Assembly: GCA_043750035.1 (NCBI GenBank)
Contig: JAYVCI010000246.1
Span: 1-58,369, forward strand
Direction: 5' to 3'
From: Chitinophagaceae bacterium
Lineage (GTDB): Bacteria > Bacteroidota > Bacteroidia > UKL13-3
Length of the DNA: 58,369 nucleotides
A program made the translations under genes and the position numbers. Shown here one piece after another: positions 44,444 to 53,621 of the stretch (its first letter is position 1; each line of letters opens with the position of its first letter). The notes under the pieces were generated by a model, which was not told the origin of the DNA, ran no database searches, and worked only from the letters and a program-made list of their open reading frames with translations.

Positions 44444-45877
44444 ATGTTATTTAAAGACCTGAGTAAATTTAGAATCAATGCGTTAATCATACTTCATGTA
44501 TTGTTCGGCATTTTGTTTGTTAATTATACTTGGGCCATTGATATTTATTATTATGCTTTGGTACTGTTAGTTATTTCAAACTTGTTGTCTAAACAAAACA
44601 AAAATGGTGTTGCACATGTGTACATTATTTATTTGGTATCGTTAGAAATTAGTTTAAGGATGTTGAATGCCAATGTACCGTGGGAAGGTGTTAAATATAT
44701 ACTTATTTTTATCTTTTTAACAGCTCGGCAATTTCAGTCGTACACTTCTAAATCGTCCGTGCCCATTTTATTATATATATTTTTCCTATTGCCGTCCATT
44801 GCATTATCTGATATGGAAGATTTGAATGTATTTAGAAAAGAATTATCATTTAATTTATCGGGGCCATTAAGTTTGGCAATATCAGTAATTTATTTTTCCA
44901 ACAAAGTATTTACGATTAAAGAATTCAGGTCATTAATTTTATTGGCCATTTTACCGCTCATCACATGTGCAACTATCATTTTTATAAGAATACCCTCATT
45001 CTCCGAAATTGTTTTTAATGATGCGGCCAATTTTAAATTAAGTGGAGGCTATGGCCCTAACCAGGTTGCTACAATTTTTGCTTATGGACTGGTATTGATG
45101 CTTGTTGCATTTTTTTTAAATATCAGGGTTACTACTTCAGGTACATTAGATCGAATCGTTACTTTTTTAATGTTTATATTTTGTGTAATTAATTTCTCCA
45201 GAGGTGGAATTATTACAGCTATCATATCCATATTTTTTGCTACTATCGTGTGGTTGAGGTTTTCTATATCCGAAGCAAAAAATACTTTTTTAGTAGGTTT
45301 TGGCGTGCTGTTGATATTGTTATTTTTTCTGTTCAATTACTTTGACAATGCCACAGGTAATGCATTGTCTCAGCGATATGGCGGTACCTTCAAAAAGAAA
45401 AATCCCAAATTTGAAAACTATGGATCTGGAGTGAGTGGCCGAGATGACCTTGCACTAGAAGATTTTCAACTTTTCAAAGACCATTTAGCATTGGGCGTGG
45501 GTGTGGGAATGGCAAAGGAAGCACGGCTAGAACTAGGGCCACGCTATGCTGCATCGCACACTGAACTTACCAGGCTTTTATCAGAGCACGGGCTTTTGGG
45601 TTTGGGAGCTTTGGTTATTTTGTTGACAATTCCTGTTCAAAGATTTTTTTCTTTTAAAGCTTATTATCGAAAATTAATGATTGTTACTTTTGTAAGTTTT
45701 TCAATTATAGCATCGTTGCATGCGGCTATGCGGCTGTGTGTAATGGGTTTTGTATATGGGCTGGCATTTATTAACTTGATGCCCGATAAAGAAGAAATGG
45801 ATACTTCTGAGCAAATCAGGCAACGCTATTTGGAGTGGGGACGATATGAAGAAGAAATGCAACAACTGAATGCATAA
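44444..45877 (+). CDS. O-antigen ligase / Wzy-like polymerase family membrane protein
   Basis: 477 aa with more than 10 TM segments and a Wzy_C-like segment (INFSRGGIITAIISIFF). Confidence 0.7.
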   Translation: MLFKDLSKFRINALIILHVLFGILFVNYTWAIDIYYYALVLLVISNLLSKQNKNGVAHVYIIYLVSLEISLRMLNANVPWEGVKYILIFIFLTARQFQSYTSKSSVPILLYIFFLLPSIALSDMEDLNVFRKELSFNLSGPLSLAISVIYFSNKVFTIKEFRSLILLAILPLITCATIIFIRIPSFSEIVFNDAANFKLSGGYGPNQVATIFAYGLVLMLVAFFLNIRVTTSGTLDRIVTFLMFIFCVINFSRGGIITAIISIFFATIVWLRFSISEAKNTFLVGFGVLLILLFFLFNYFDNATGNALSQRYGGTFKKKNPKFENYGSGVSGRDDLALEDFQLFKDHLALGVGVGMAKEARLELGPRYAASHTELTRLLSEHGLLGLGALVILLTIPVQRFFSFKAYYRKLMIVTFVSFSIIASLHAAMRLCVMGFVYGLAFINLMPDKEEMDTSEQIRQRYLEWGRYEEEMQQLNA

Positions 45878-45882
45878 TTGCT

Positions 45883-47298
45883 ATGCTTTTCAATTCGCTA
45901 TATTTTGCCCTTTTTTTTCCAATTGTTACCTTTTTGTTCTTTGTAGTTCCTGTTAAGTTTCGCAATTACTTATTACTTTTAGCCGGTTGCATATTTTACA
46001 TGGCGGCCATCCCTTCCTATATTATTATACTCTTTGCGGCAATCATAATTGACTATTATGCCGCATTGCAAATACAAAAATCAGAGAATAATAAGCATCG
46101 AAAACGGTGGTTAATAGTAAGCATACTTGCAACCTGTGCATTACTTTTTGCATTTAAGTATATAGATTTTTTTATATCGAATTTGAATTTATTTTATTCT
46201 ATATTCGATTATGAACAATTAAAACCTTTCAAAATATTACTGCCCATCGGTCTTTCTTTTCACACTTTTCAAAGCCTTTCCTATGTTATAGAAGTATATA
46301 AACAAAAATATACAGCCGAAAAAAAATTATCCGATTATGCCCTGTATGTAATGTTTTATCCGCAGTTGGTAGCTGGGCCTATTGAGCGGCCACAAGTATT
46401 GCTTGCACAAATAAAACAGCCCAAATATTTCGACTATCATAACCTCAAATACGGTCTTACTTTAATGTGGTGGGGTTTCTTTAAAAAAATGGCTATTGCC
46501 GACCACCTCTCGTTTTTTGTAGATAAATTATATGACCATCCAAATGCTGCAACCGGGGCCGACTCACTAATGGGAATCTATTTTTTTGCCATACAGATAT
46601 ACTGCGATTTTTCGGGATATACTGATATTGCAAGGGGAGCAGCAAAAGTGATGGGGTTTGATTTGTCGCTTAATTTTAACAAACCTTATTTTGCCTCGTC
46701 GTTTAGTAATTTTTGGCAACGATGGCATATCAGCCTTTCCACTTGGTTTCGTGATTATATATATATACCATTGGGCGGCAATAAAAAACGACATATCCTC
46801 AATCTTGTCATCACCTTCCTCATCAGTGGGCTGTGGCATGGAGCCAATTGGACATTTATCACTTGGGGAGCTATACATGTATTATATCTTATTATAGAAA
46901 TTTATATACGAAAAATCTCACCACATACCTATCGTATTAAATTGCCGAAAATAATCAAACAAATTATTGTATTTCATTTGGTTTGTGTGGCTTGGGTATT
47001 CTTTAGGGCAGCTAATTTTACTGAGGTTGGGGCAGTATTCAACAGTTTGGTTTCGCACACGTATCGCAAAACAAATTTTATCGGGAATTTTGAGAATACC
47101 ATTGAGTTTGTTACAGTTTTGCTGATGATAGTAATATGTTTTTGTATAGAATTTCGATATAAACTCAATCCACTTTTCGAGTTGATGGACAAAAGAAAAC
47201 TATATGTTCAATATGTATTTTCTGTTTCAGCAATATTGATATTGTTATTTTTTGGCAGCTTTATCAAGCCTCAACAATTTATATATTTTCAGTTTTGA
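45883..47298 (+). CDS. MBOAT family O-acyltransferase (AlgI/DltB-like)
   Basis: 471 aa, polytopic, with the signature FWQRWHISLSTWFRDYIYIPLGG, which contains the catalytic His. Confidence 0.9.
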   Translation: MLFNSLYFALFFPIVTFLFFVVPVKFRNYLLLLAGCIFYMAAIPSYIIILFAAIIIDYYAALQIQKSENNKHRKRWLIVSILATCALLFAFKYIDFFISNLNLFYSIFDYEQLKPFKILLPIGLSFHTFQSLSYVIEVYKQKYTAEKKLSDYALYVMFYPQLVAGPIERPQVLLAQIKQPKYFDYHNLKYGLTLMWWGFFKKMAIADHLSFFVDKLYDHPNAATGADSLMGIYFFAIQIYCDFSGYTDIARGAAKVMGFDLSLNFNKPYFASSFSNFWQRWHISLSTWFRDYIYIPLGGNKKRHILNLVITFLISGLWHGANWTFITWGAIHVLYLIIEIYIRKISPHTYRIKLPKIIKQIIVFHLVCVAWVFFRAANFTEVGAVFNSLVSHTYRKTNFIGNFENTIEFVTVLLMIVICFCIEFRYKLNPLFELMDKRKLYVQYVFSVSAILILLFFGSFIKPQQFIYFQF

Positions 47299-48245
47299 GA
47301 AGGTTTAAACATATCGCAAACTTGGGAGTGATTATCATTATATTGTTATATGTGCTGGATTTCACTTTTACTGCAATATTCTCGAATGACAAGTATTATA
47401 AATCATCGTGGGTGCTCAATAAAAAAAGTGAGAGCTACGATGTCGCATTTCTTGGCAACTCAAGGGTGTACACCCAAATATATACCGATTCGCTAAACAA
47501 AAAATTGGGTAAAAAATGTGTGAATATCGGAGTAGATGGTACCAATATGATGCATCATTATTTATTGTTGGATTTATTTTTGAAGCAAAATAATGATATT
47601 AAATATTTGGTATATAATATCGACCCATGGTCATTGAGTTTCAATTTGGATGACCCCAAAAGAACCTGGATATTGTTGAACCAGTTGCATCACGATGAGG
47701 TATATCAACAATACCTATCCGTATTTGGTTCTCGAACTTACCTGTGGCGGTATTTTCCGTTTTGGAAATTTGTGGAGTACAATTCCAGATTGGGGTTGAT
47801 AGCCGCTGCTAATAGCCAACTGGATTTAATTAAACAAGAGTATAATACAGCAACTGGAGACTATATTACACCCAATAATAATATAGTTGATACCCATAAA
47901 ATCAACAGGATGGCTGATATACCCGATAACTTTAAAGTGAATATACAGAACATCTATTATTTGGAAAAGATGATTGCCCTGTGCAAATCGAAGCAGGTTA
48001 AATTGATTATGATAACAACCCCCATACTAAAATTGCAGCCCCAAATTACCATGCAGGTAGATAGGATAGCACAGCAGCACTTGCTCCCCATATTAAATAA
48101 AAGCAATATTCATTATTTGGATTTTACACATTTGGACATTTGCCATGATTTTCATTACTTTTACGATTATCACCATTTAAATAGCATGGGAAAAACAAAA
48201 TATAATACTATACTTGCACAAAAATTGTTAAAACAGTTTGAATAA
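47295..48245 (+). CDS. Membrane-anchored partner protein of the MBOAT (DltD/AlgJ/AlgX-like, tentative)
   Basis: 316 aa with an N-terminal TM anchor and a 4-nt overlap with the MBOAT gene. The family assignment rests on context only. Confidence 0.45.
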   Translation: MRRFKHIANLGVIIIILLYVLDFTFTAIFSNDKYYKSSWVLNKKSESYDVAFLGNSRVYTQIYTDSLNKKLGKKCVNIGVDGTNMMHHYLLLDLFLKQNNDIKYLVYNIDPWSLSFNLDDPKRTWILLNQLHHDEVYQQYLSVFGSRTYLWRYFPFWKFVEYNSRLGLIAAANSQLDLIKQEYNTATGDYITPNNNIVDTHKINRMADIPDNFKVNIQNIYYLEKMIALCKSKQVKLIMITTPILKLQPQITMQVDRIAQQHLLPILNKSNIHYLDFTHLDICHDFHYFYDYHHLNSMGKTKYNTILAQKLLKQFE

Positions 48246-50309
48246 ATGATTAAAGAATTCGAAGGTAAATTATACCAGGACCGTGAGATGAGTTGGTTGG
48301 CTTTTAACGAGCGGGTGCTGCAAGAGGCTGCCGATGATTCAGTGCCAGCACTTGAACGCTTAAAATTCCTATCTATTTTCTCATCAAACCTGGATGAATT
48401 TTTTAGGGTGCGGGTGGCTTCGCTTCGCAGGTTGCTTAAAGTGGGCAAAAAAGATTTGTTGCCCATGCAACACACGCCCACAGTGGTAATTGATTTGATA
48501 CAGAAAAAAGTATTATACCTGCAAACCAGGTTTAACGAAACCTATCAGAATATTATAGAAAAACTGGAAGAAGAAAATATATTTATTGTTGACGAGAAAA
48601 CCCTCACACCCGAGCAATCAATAGAGGTGAGAGCTTATTTTGCCAATTCGGTACTTCCGTTTTTGTTTCCCATTATTATGGATGAAAAATATGAATTGCC
48701 TTTGTTGAAAGATAAGTCTTTATACCAAGTGGTGAGTATGAACACCAAAGATAGTTCTTCCAAAACAATATATGCCATGTTTGAATTGCCTACCGATGTA
48801 ATCAGTAGGTTTTATTTAATTAAAGCCGGCGTTAGAAATTCGACCAATATTATATTGTTGGACGATGTTATTCGGTCGTCGATGGATTTGCTGTTTTCTA
48901 TTTTTGATTTCGACGAGTTTCATTCATTTACCATAAAAGTTACGCGTGACGCGGAGCTGGATCTGGACAGCGACCTCACCAAATCGTTGCTCGATATTAT
49001 GCAGCACAGCCTTAAGAAACGTAAGAACGGTGCCCTTACCCGATTGGTTTACGATGAAAGGATACCCGCAGAGATGCTCACCTATTTAATCAATAAACTA
49101 AAGGTAAGCACACGAAGTTTGATACCCGGTGGCCGCTATCATAACTATAAAGATTTTTTCGATTTTCCTGTTATTAAAAACAAGGCATTATATAACCATT
49201 CATTACCCCAGGCAAATATTGAAACGATTGACAAATCGAAAACGATGTTTGCTGCCATCAAGCAAAAAGATTATATATTGTACCATCCTTATCATAGTTT
49301 TGATTATATCATTAGGCTGTTACGCGAAGCAGCTATTGATCCGGGAGTTCAAACAATTAAGATTACTTTGTATCGGGTTGCTAAACACTCCAATATTGTA
49401 CATGCACTTATTAATGCCATAAAAAACGGGGCAAAAGTGTATGCTTGGATGGAATTGCAAGCCCGGTTTGATGAAGAGTCGAATATATACTGGGCCCAAA
49501 AACTGGAAGAGGCCGGAGCTACTGTTTTTTATGGCAAAACAGGACAGAAAATTCATTGTAAAATGTGTTTAATCTCACGTAAAGAGGATGGGAAAATAGT
49601 AAACTATGGGCATTTATCTACCGGTAATTATAATAGAATCACTGGACGGTTATATTGCGATTTGGGTTTGCTCACTACCAACAAAGAAATAGTTGCAGAC
49701 ATGGCCGCAACTTTTAAAATGCTACAGTCGCCTGAAAAACCTGCAAAAACAAAATATATGATGGTAGCCCCACACCATTTAAAAATATTTTTCCTAGATA
49801 AAATTGAACATGAAACCATACTGGCAAGGCACGGAAAAAAAGCCTATATCACGGCCAAAATGAATAGTTTGGTAGACCAAGATATCATTGACAAACTATA
49901 CGAAGCCTCACAAGCAGGCGTAAAAATAAGCTTAATTATACGTGGTATTTGTTGCCTAGTGCCTGGCGTTGAAGGTTTAAGTGAGAATATCTCAGTAATA
50001 AGTATTATAGACCGGTTGCTGGAACATTGCAGGGTATTTATTTTTGGGAATGACGGCAATGAAATAATATACCTCTCCAGTGCCGACTGGATGACCCGAA
50101 ACTTGGAGAATAGAATCGAAGCCGCTTTCCCAATCCTAGATCCCGATTGTCGTAAAATTATAAAAGACCTTATTAACCTGCAATTGAGTGATAATGTAAA
50201 AGCTAGAATTATTGATAAAAACCTCGATAACCACTATAAGGTGGACAATGGCAAGCCCCTAAGGTCGCAGATTGCGATAGCGAAATATCTGGCATCCTTA
50301 AAACAATGA
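48246..50309 (+). CDS. ppk1: Polyphosphate kinase 1
   Basis: 687 aa with the N-terminal motif YQDREMSWLAFNERVLQEA and two PLD-like C-terminal domains. Confidence 0.95.
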   Translation: MIKEFEGKLYQDREMSWLAFNERVLQEAADDSVPALERLKFLSIFSSNLDEFFRVRVASLRRLLKVGKKDLLPMQHTPTVVIDLIQKKVLYLQTRFNETYQNIIEKLEEENIFIVDEKTLTPEQSIEVRAYFANSVLPFLFPIIMDEKYELPLLKDKSLYQVVSMNTKDSSSKTIYAMFELPTDVISRFYLIKAGVRNSTNIILLDDVIRSSMDLLFSIFDFDEFHSFTIKVTRDAELDLDSDLTKSLLDIMQHSLKKRKNGALTRLVYDERIPAEMLTYLINKLKVSTRSLIPGGRYHNYKDFFDFPVIKNKALYNHSLPQANIETIDKSKTMFAAIKQKDYILYHPYHSFDYIIRLLREAAIDPGVQTIKITLYRVAKHSNIVHALINAIKNGAKVYAWMELQARFDEESNIYWAQKLEEAGATVFYGKTGQKIHCKMCLISRKEDGKIVNYGHLSTGNYNRITGRLYCDLGLLTTNKEIVADMAATFKMLQSPEKPAKTKYMMVAPHHLKIFFLDKIEHETILARHGKKAYITAKMNSLVDQDIIDKLYEASQAGVKISLIIRGICCLVPGVEGLSENISVISIIDRLLEHCRVFIFGNDGNEIIYLSSADWMTRNLENRIEAAFPILDPDCRKIIKDLINLQLSDNVKARIIDKNLDNHYKVDNGKPLRSQIAIAKYLASLKQ

Positions 50310-50372
50310 GCAAAAAAATTTGCCCGTTTTGATTTTTACCCATAAATTTGCACTCCTAAAAAAAATAAAATC

Positions 50373-50513
50373 ATGGCAGTTACTAGACTTAAAAGAAAAG
50401 ACCGTTACAATAAAACCGTTTCTAGATTGAAACAACAACACATAAAGCTTGTTATCAAAACTGTGAGTGTAGAATCTCCTTATAAAGATAAAACAGGCAT
50501 TATAGAAGACTAA
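50373..50513 (+). CDS. Small basic protein (46 aa), not in the ORF track
   Basis: MAVTRLKRKDRYNKTVSRLKQQHIKLVIKTVSVESPYKDKTGIIED. A perfect TAAATTTG motif (50343..50350) lies 22 nt upstream of the ATG, and a rho-independent terminator follows. Confidence 0.4.
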   Translation: MAVTRLKRKDRYNKTVSRLKQQHIKLVIKTVSVESPYKDKTGIIED

Positions 50514-50535
50514 TGATCTTTGTTACCACATTTAC

Positions 50536-50567
50536 AATCACCCTGCCGCAAGTTGGGTGATTTTTTT
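50536..50567 (+). terminator. Rho-independent terminator after the small ORF
   Basis: Stem AATCACCC / GGGTGATT with an 11-nt loop, followed by TTTTTTT. Confidence 0.7.
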
Positions 50568-50575
50568 ATTATAAT

Positions 50576-51037
50576 ATGTCAACACCATTCACTATTCTAA
50601 ATCCCAGTTACCGCGAACTCATTGTTGAAAAGCTAGTGGGCCAGCGGTTTATGCACCATATAGGTTTTCAGCTCGACCGAATAGAACCGGGATTGGTAAC
50701 AGCCGGTATGCCAATAGAAGCACATATATTGCAGCAAACAAATTTTGTGCATGGCGGTGCTACCGCTACACTTGCCGATTTGGTAATGGGTTTTGCAGCA
50801 TATACCCTGGTGGATGTGGGTCAGGTGGTTCTAACAGCCGACTTAAGAATATCCTACTTAAATCCAGGACAGGGAGATAAAATAACAGCCAAAGGTTTTG
50901 TGATTAAAGCAGGACGTAAAATGATTTTCTGCGAGGGAGAAGTTTATTGCTACAAAGATGGAATTGAAACTATGATAGCCAAAGCATCGGCCACCATGAG
51001 TGTGGTGAATTTGAGCGAGATAGGTAGCAGGGTTTAG
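50576..51037 (+). CDS. PaaI/YbgC-type hotdog thioesterase (TIGR00369-like)
   Basis: 153 aa with the motif NFVHGGATATLADLVMG. Confidence 0.8.
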   Translation: MSTPFTILNPSYRELIVEKLVGQRFMHHIGFQLDRIEPGLVTAGMPIEAHILQQTNFVHGGATATLADLVMGFAAYTLVDVGQVVLTADLRISYLNPGQGDKITAKGFVIKAGRKMIFCEGEVYCYKDGIETMIAKASATMSVVNLSEIGSRV

Positions 51038-51077
51038 GATTCGATAGCTATCAGGATTTAGGATTCGGGGGAATTGG
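51033..51077. repeat. Direct repeat TTTAGGATTCG (x2, 24 nt apart) around the palindrome GATAGCTATC, followed by GGGGAATTG
   Basis: Read directly from the sequence. It overlaps the stop codon at 51035..51037. Confidence 0.8.
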
Positions 51078-51137
51078 AAAGAGCCGAACTTTTAGCTTGG
51101 CTCCAGTAATATTATTATATTTTAAATTATGGCAATG

Positions 51138-51677
51138 CTATTTTTTACCTTGTACTACAAAAAGAAGCCCTACAAGCATTAATATTATTCCTACAATAAT
51201 ACTTGATAATAAAAGTATAAGGATTCCAAGTACAATTATCACCCATCCAATTGTGCCTAAAGCCCCACTTCCGCCACCATCATTGGGTTTGCTTATTGTA
51301 TTTGAAATATTTTTATTTTGGGCACTTCCATCTTTATTAAGTATATTCTCAATGGGTGCAACTTGGGTCTTTATAGATTCGCCAGTTAGCACTTTTATAA
51401 TAGGATGTGAAAATGCAGCAGAAACTACTTTATTACTTTTTGCAGTTACTATTGTCCCATTTTGCCCTATAGATGGTTGGGTTGAAACTTGTTTAATTGT
51501 AATTGGTTTATCATTGATTGTTATAATTTTTTCCTCTTTTGGGGTGCTAATTTTTAAAGAAGAATTTTCATTGAGATCTTTACGACATTCAAACCTATGG
51601 TTTTGCTTTATAATACCACACGAACTAGCAAAAAACGCTATAGCTGCTGCAATTAGAGAGATTTTTTTATATTTCAT
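51138..51677 (-). CDS. Hypothetical lipoprotein with a C-terminal TM anchor
   Basis: 179 aa with a lipoprotein signal (FFASSCG) and a C-terminal hydrophobic helix-hairpin. Confidence 0.55.
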   Translation of the reverse strand: MKYKKISLIAAAIAFFASSCGIIKQNHRFECRKDLNENSSLKISTPKEEKIITINDKPITIKQVSTQPSIGQNGTIVTAKSNKVVSAAFSHPIIKVLTGESIKTQVAPIENILNKDGSAQNKNISNTISKPNDGGGSGALGTIGWVIIVLGILILLLSSIIVGIILMLVGLLFVVQGKK

Positions 51678-51772
51678 TGCTTATATTAATTTATTTTGTT
51701 TGATGCAAACGTAATCATTGCAATTATAAAATACGATTTCATTTATCCACAATATATTTAAGGAATTGTTTT

Positions 51773-52492
51773 ATGAACCAATATACCAAATACAATATCT
51801 TTGCAATGTCTATTACAATTCCCGATTTGAAAAAAATATTTCACCTATTACAAAGAATGCTCGCCAAGCGTGGGCTTCATTTGGTTAAGTCACTCATTTA
51901 TTTGAATCGTGCAAAGCGTATAGACCTGAACCGATTGGACTATAATAGGCTGGCATGTTTGGAAATGTGCAGCCATGAAATATATACCAATAATGTTCAG
52001 GGAAATGTGGCTGAACTGGGTGTGTTCAGAGGCGATTTTGCCAAAGATATTAATACCGTTTTTCCCGACAGAAAATTATATTTATTCGATACTTTTGAAG
52101 GGTTTGACAATCGAGATGTGGGAACAGAAGTGGGCAAAGGATTCTCAACCGGAGATCAAGATTTTAGTGGAACAAGTGTGGCTTTAGTGCTTGGTAAAAT
52201 GCCGCATCCAAATAATTGCATTGTATGCAAAGGTTATTTTCCCGCAACTACTAAAGATATAGAAGACAAGTTTGCATTTGTTAGCATTGACACTGATTTG
52301 TATGAACCAATTTTAGCTGGACTACAATATTTCTATCCGAGGCTAAATGCTGGAGGTTATATATTTATTCACGATTACAATAACGAAGGATATAAAGGTG
52401 CTAGGCAAGCAGTATTGGAGTACTGCAAACAACACCAATTAGCTTTTGTTCCCATTCCCGATTTGGGAGGGAGTGTGGTTATTGGGAAATAG
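51773..52492 (+). CDS. TylF/MycF-type SAM-dependent O-methyltransferase
   Basis: 239 aa with the motifs GNVAELGVFRGDFA, YLFDTFEGF and FVSIDTDLYEP. Confidence 0.75.
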   Translation: MNQYTKYNIFAMSITIPDLKKIFHLLQRMLAKRGLHLVKSLIYLNRAKRIDLNRLDYNRLACLEMCSHEIYTNNVQGNVAELGVFRGDFAKDINTVFPDRKLYLFDTFEGFDNRDVGTEVGKGFSTGDQDFSGTSVALVLGKMPHPNNCIVCKGYFPATTKDIEDKFAFVSIDTDLYEPILAGLQYFYPRLNAGGYIFIHDYNNEGYKGARQAVLEYCKQHQLAFVPIPDLGGSVVIGK

Positions 52493-52512
52493 TTGTGAGT
52501 TGCCAGTTGTGG

Positions 52513-52543
52513 ATCCGCCGCGGCGGATGCTTTCGCCGTATGG
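52513..52543. repeat. GC-rich palindrome ATCCGCCGCGGCGGAT plus the shared words GCTTTCGCC and CGCCGTATGG
   Basis: The 16-mer TCCGCCGCGGCGGATG (52514..52529) is identical to 36584..36599. It is flanked by imperfect GTTG(T/C)G-type arms (52492..52511 and 52545..52562). Confidence 0.85.
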
Positions 52544-52567
52544 TCCCGCAACCCGCAACTATTTTAA

Positions 52568-53401
52568 TTAACCAGCTTTATGAATTGTCAACAAAGGAAT
52601 TTTTGAACTGAGTGCAAAATGCTTGGTAGTGCTGCTGTGGAACAGGCTACTCCAGAATCCTCTTTTGTGCATGGCCAAGACTAATACATTGGGGTTTTGG
52701 TTTTCAACATAGGTCTCGATTCCTTCGGTAACACCATCTCTATTTAAATTAATAAATGAGATATTTTCTGCTTTAAAATGATCCTGCAAATTCATTTTTC
52801 TATAATTGTCAGCATCCGAAATATTGGGTTCGTATAGTTCATGGAAATGTACCACTTTGGTTTCCGCACCCACCAACTTTGAGAATTTAAGAATCTGATT
52901 GATTGCCGCAATATCATCACCTATATAGTCGGTTGCATACATCACGGTTTTTATTTCTTTTATATGCGTAGATCCAGGGATTGCCCACACAGGGCAGGTA
53001 GCTTTTTCAATAACACCTAAAGTGTTTGAGCCAATTATTTTGTCAAAAATTCCAGATGCACCTTTAGTGCCCATTATTATATAATCGCATTTTAATTCTT
53101 CGGCCACTTTCAGCGTTGCATCAACTACAAAGCCATGTTCAACCCTGGTGTTTACTTTTAACCAAGGATGTTTTACCGACAATTCTTCTTTTAAATTTTT
53201 TATATCAGTTTCACTTTTAATTTTCGATTCATGCATGATGGCACTGATAGTTTCGGGTGTCATATATTGGTCAACAAAAGGTGAACCATATACATGCAAT
53301 ATAGTGATTTCTGAATCGTTGGCCTGTGCTAAATATACAGCAAAGTCCATTGCGTGTTCAGCGGGTTTGCTGAAATCTGTGGGGAATAATAAATTTTTCA
53401 T
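52568..53401 (-). CDS. Universal stress protein, tandem Usp domains
   Basis: 277 aa with two UspA-like halves, each with a G-x2-G-x9-GS-like ATP motif (MGTKGASGIFDKIIGSNT). Confidence 0.85.
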   Translation of the reverse strand: MKNLLFPTDFSKPAEHAMDFAVYLAQANDSEITILHVYGSPFVDQYMTPETISAIMHESKIKSETDIKNLKEELSVKHPWLKVNTRVEHGFVVDATLKVAEELKCDYIIMGTKGASGIFDKIIGSNTLGVIEKATCPVWAIPGSTHIKEIKTVMYATDYIGDDIAAINQILKFSKLVGAETKVVHFHELYEPNISDADNYRKMNLQDHFKAENISFINLNRDGVTEGIETYVENQNPNVLVLAMHKRGFWSSLFHSSTTKHFALSSKIPLLTIHKAG

Positions 53402-53482
53402 GTTATATTTTATATATTGGGTTTTGTTTCAAAATTGCTGGGACTAGAGACTTTAATATATGACTGCCATCAACTACACCCG

Positions 53483-53494
53483 TGATAGATATCA
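53483..53494. promoter_or_regulatory. Crp/Fnr-type box TGATAGATATCA upstream of the usp gene
   Basis: Perfect palindrome. The centre is 55.5 nt from the TTTG of CAATTTTG (minus strand, 53430..53437), the same class I-like spacing as the regulator's own promoter. Confidence 0.45.
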
Positions 53495-53621
53495 GTTTTG
53501 CTAAATAGGAGCTTGACCAATATTGATACTGCAAAAAAAACATTTTTCCCCTTAAACAATGTTAACTAAATGTTATTTTTAATATTAATTAACAAACAAA
53601 GTAATAGCAATGTTTGGTTTT

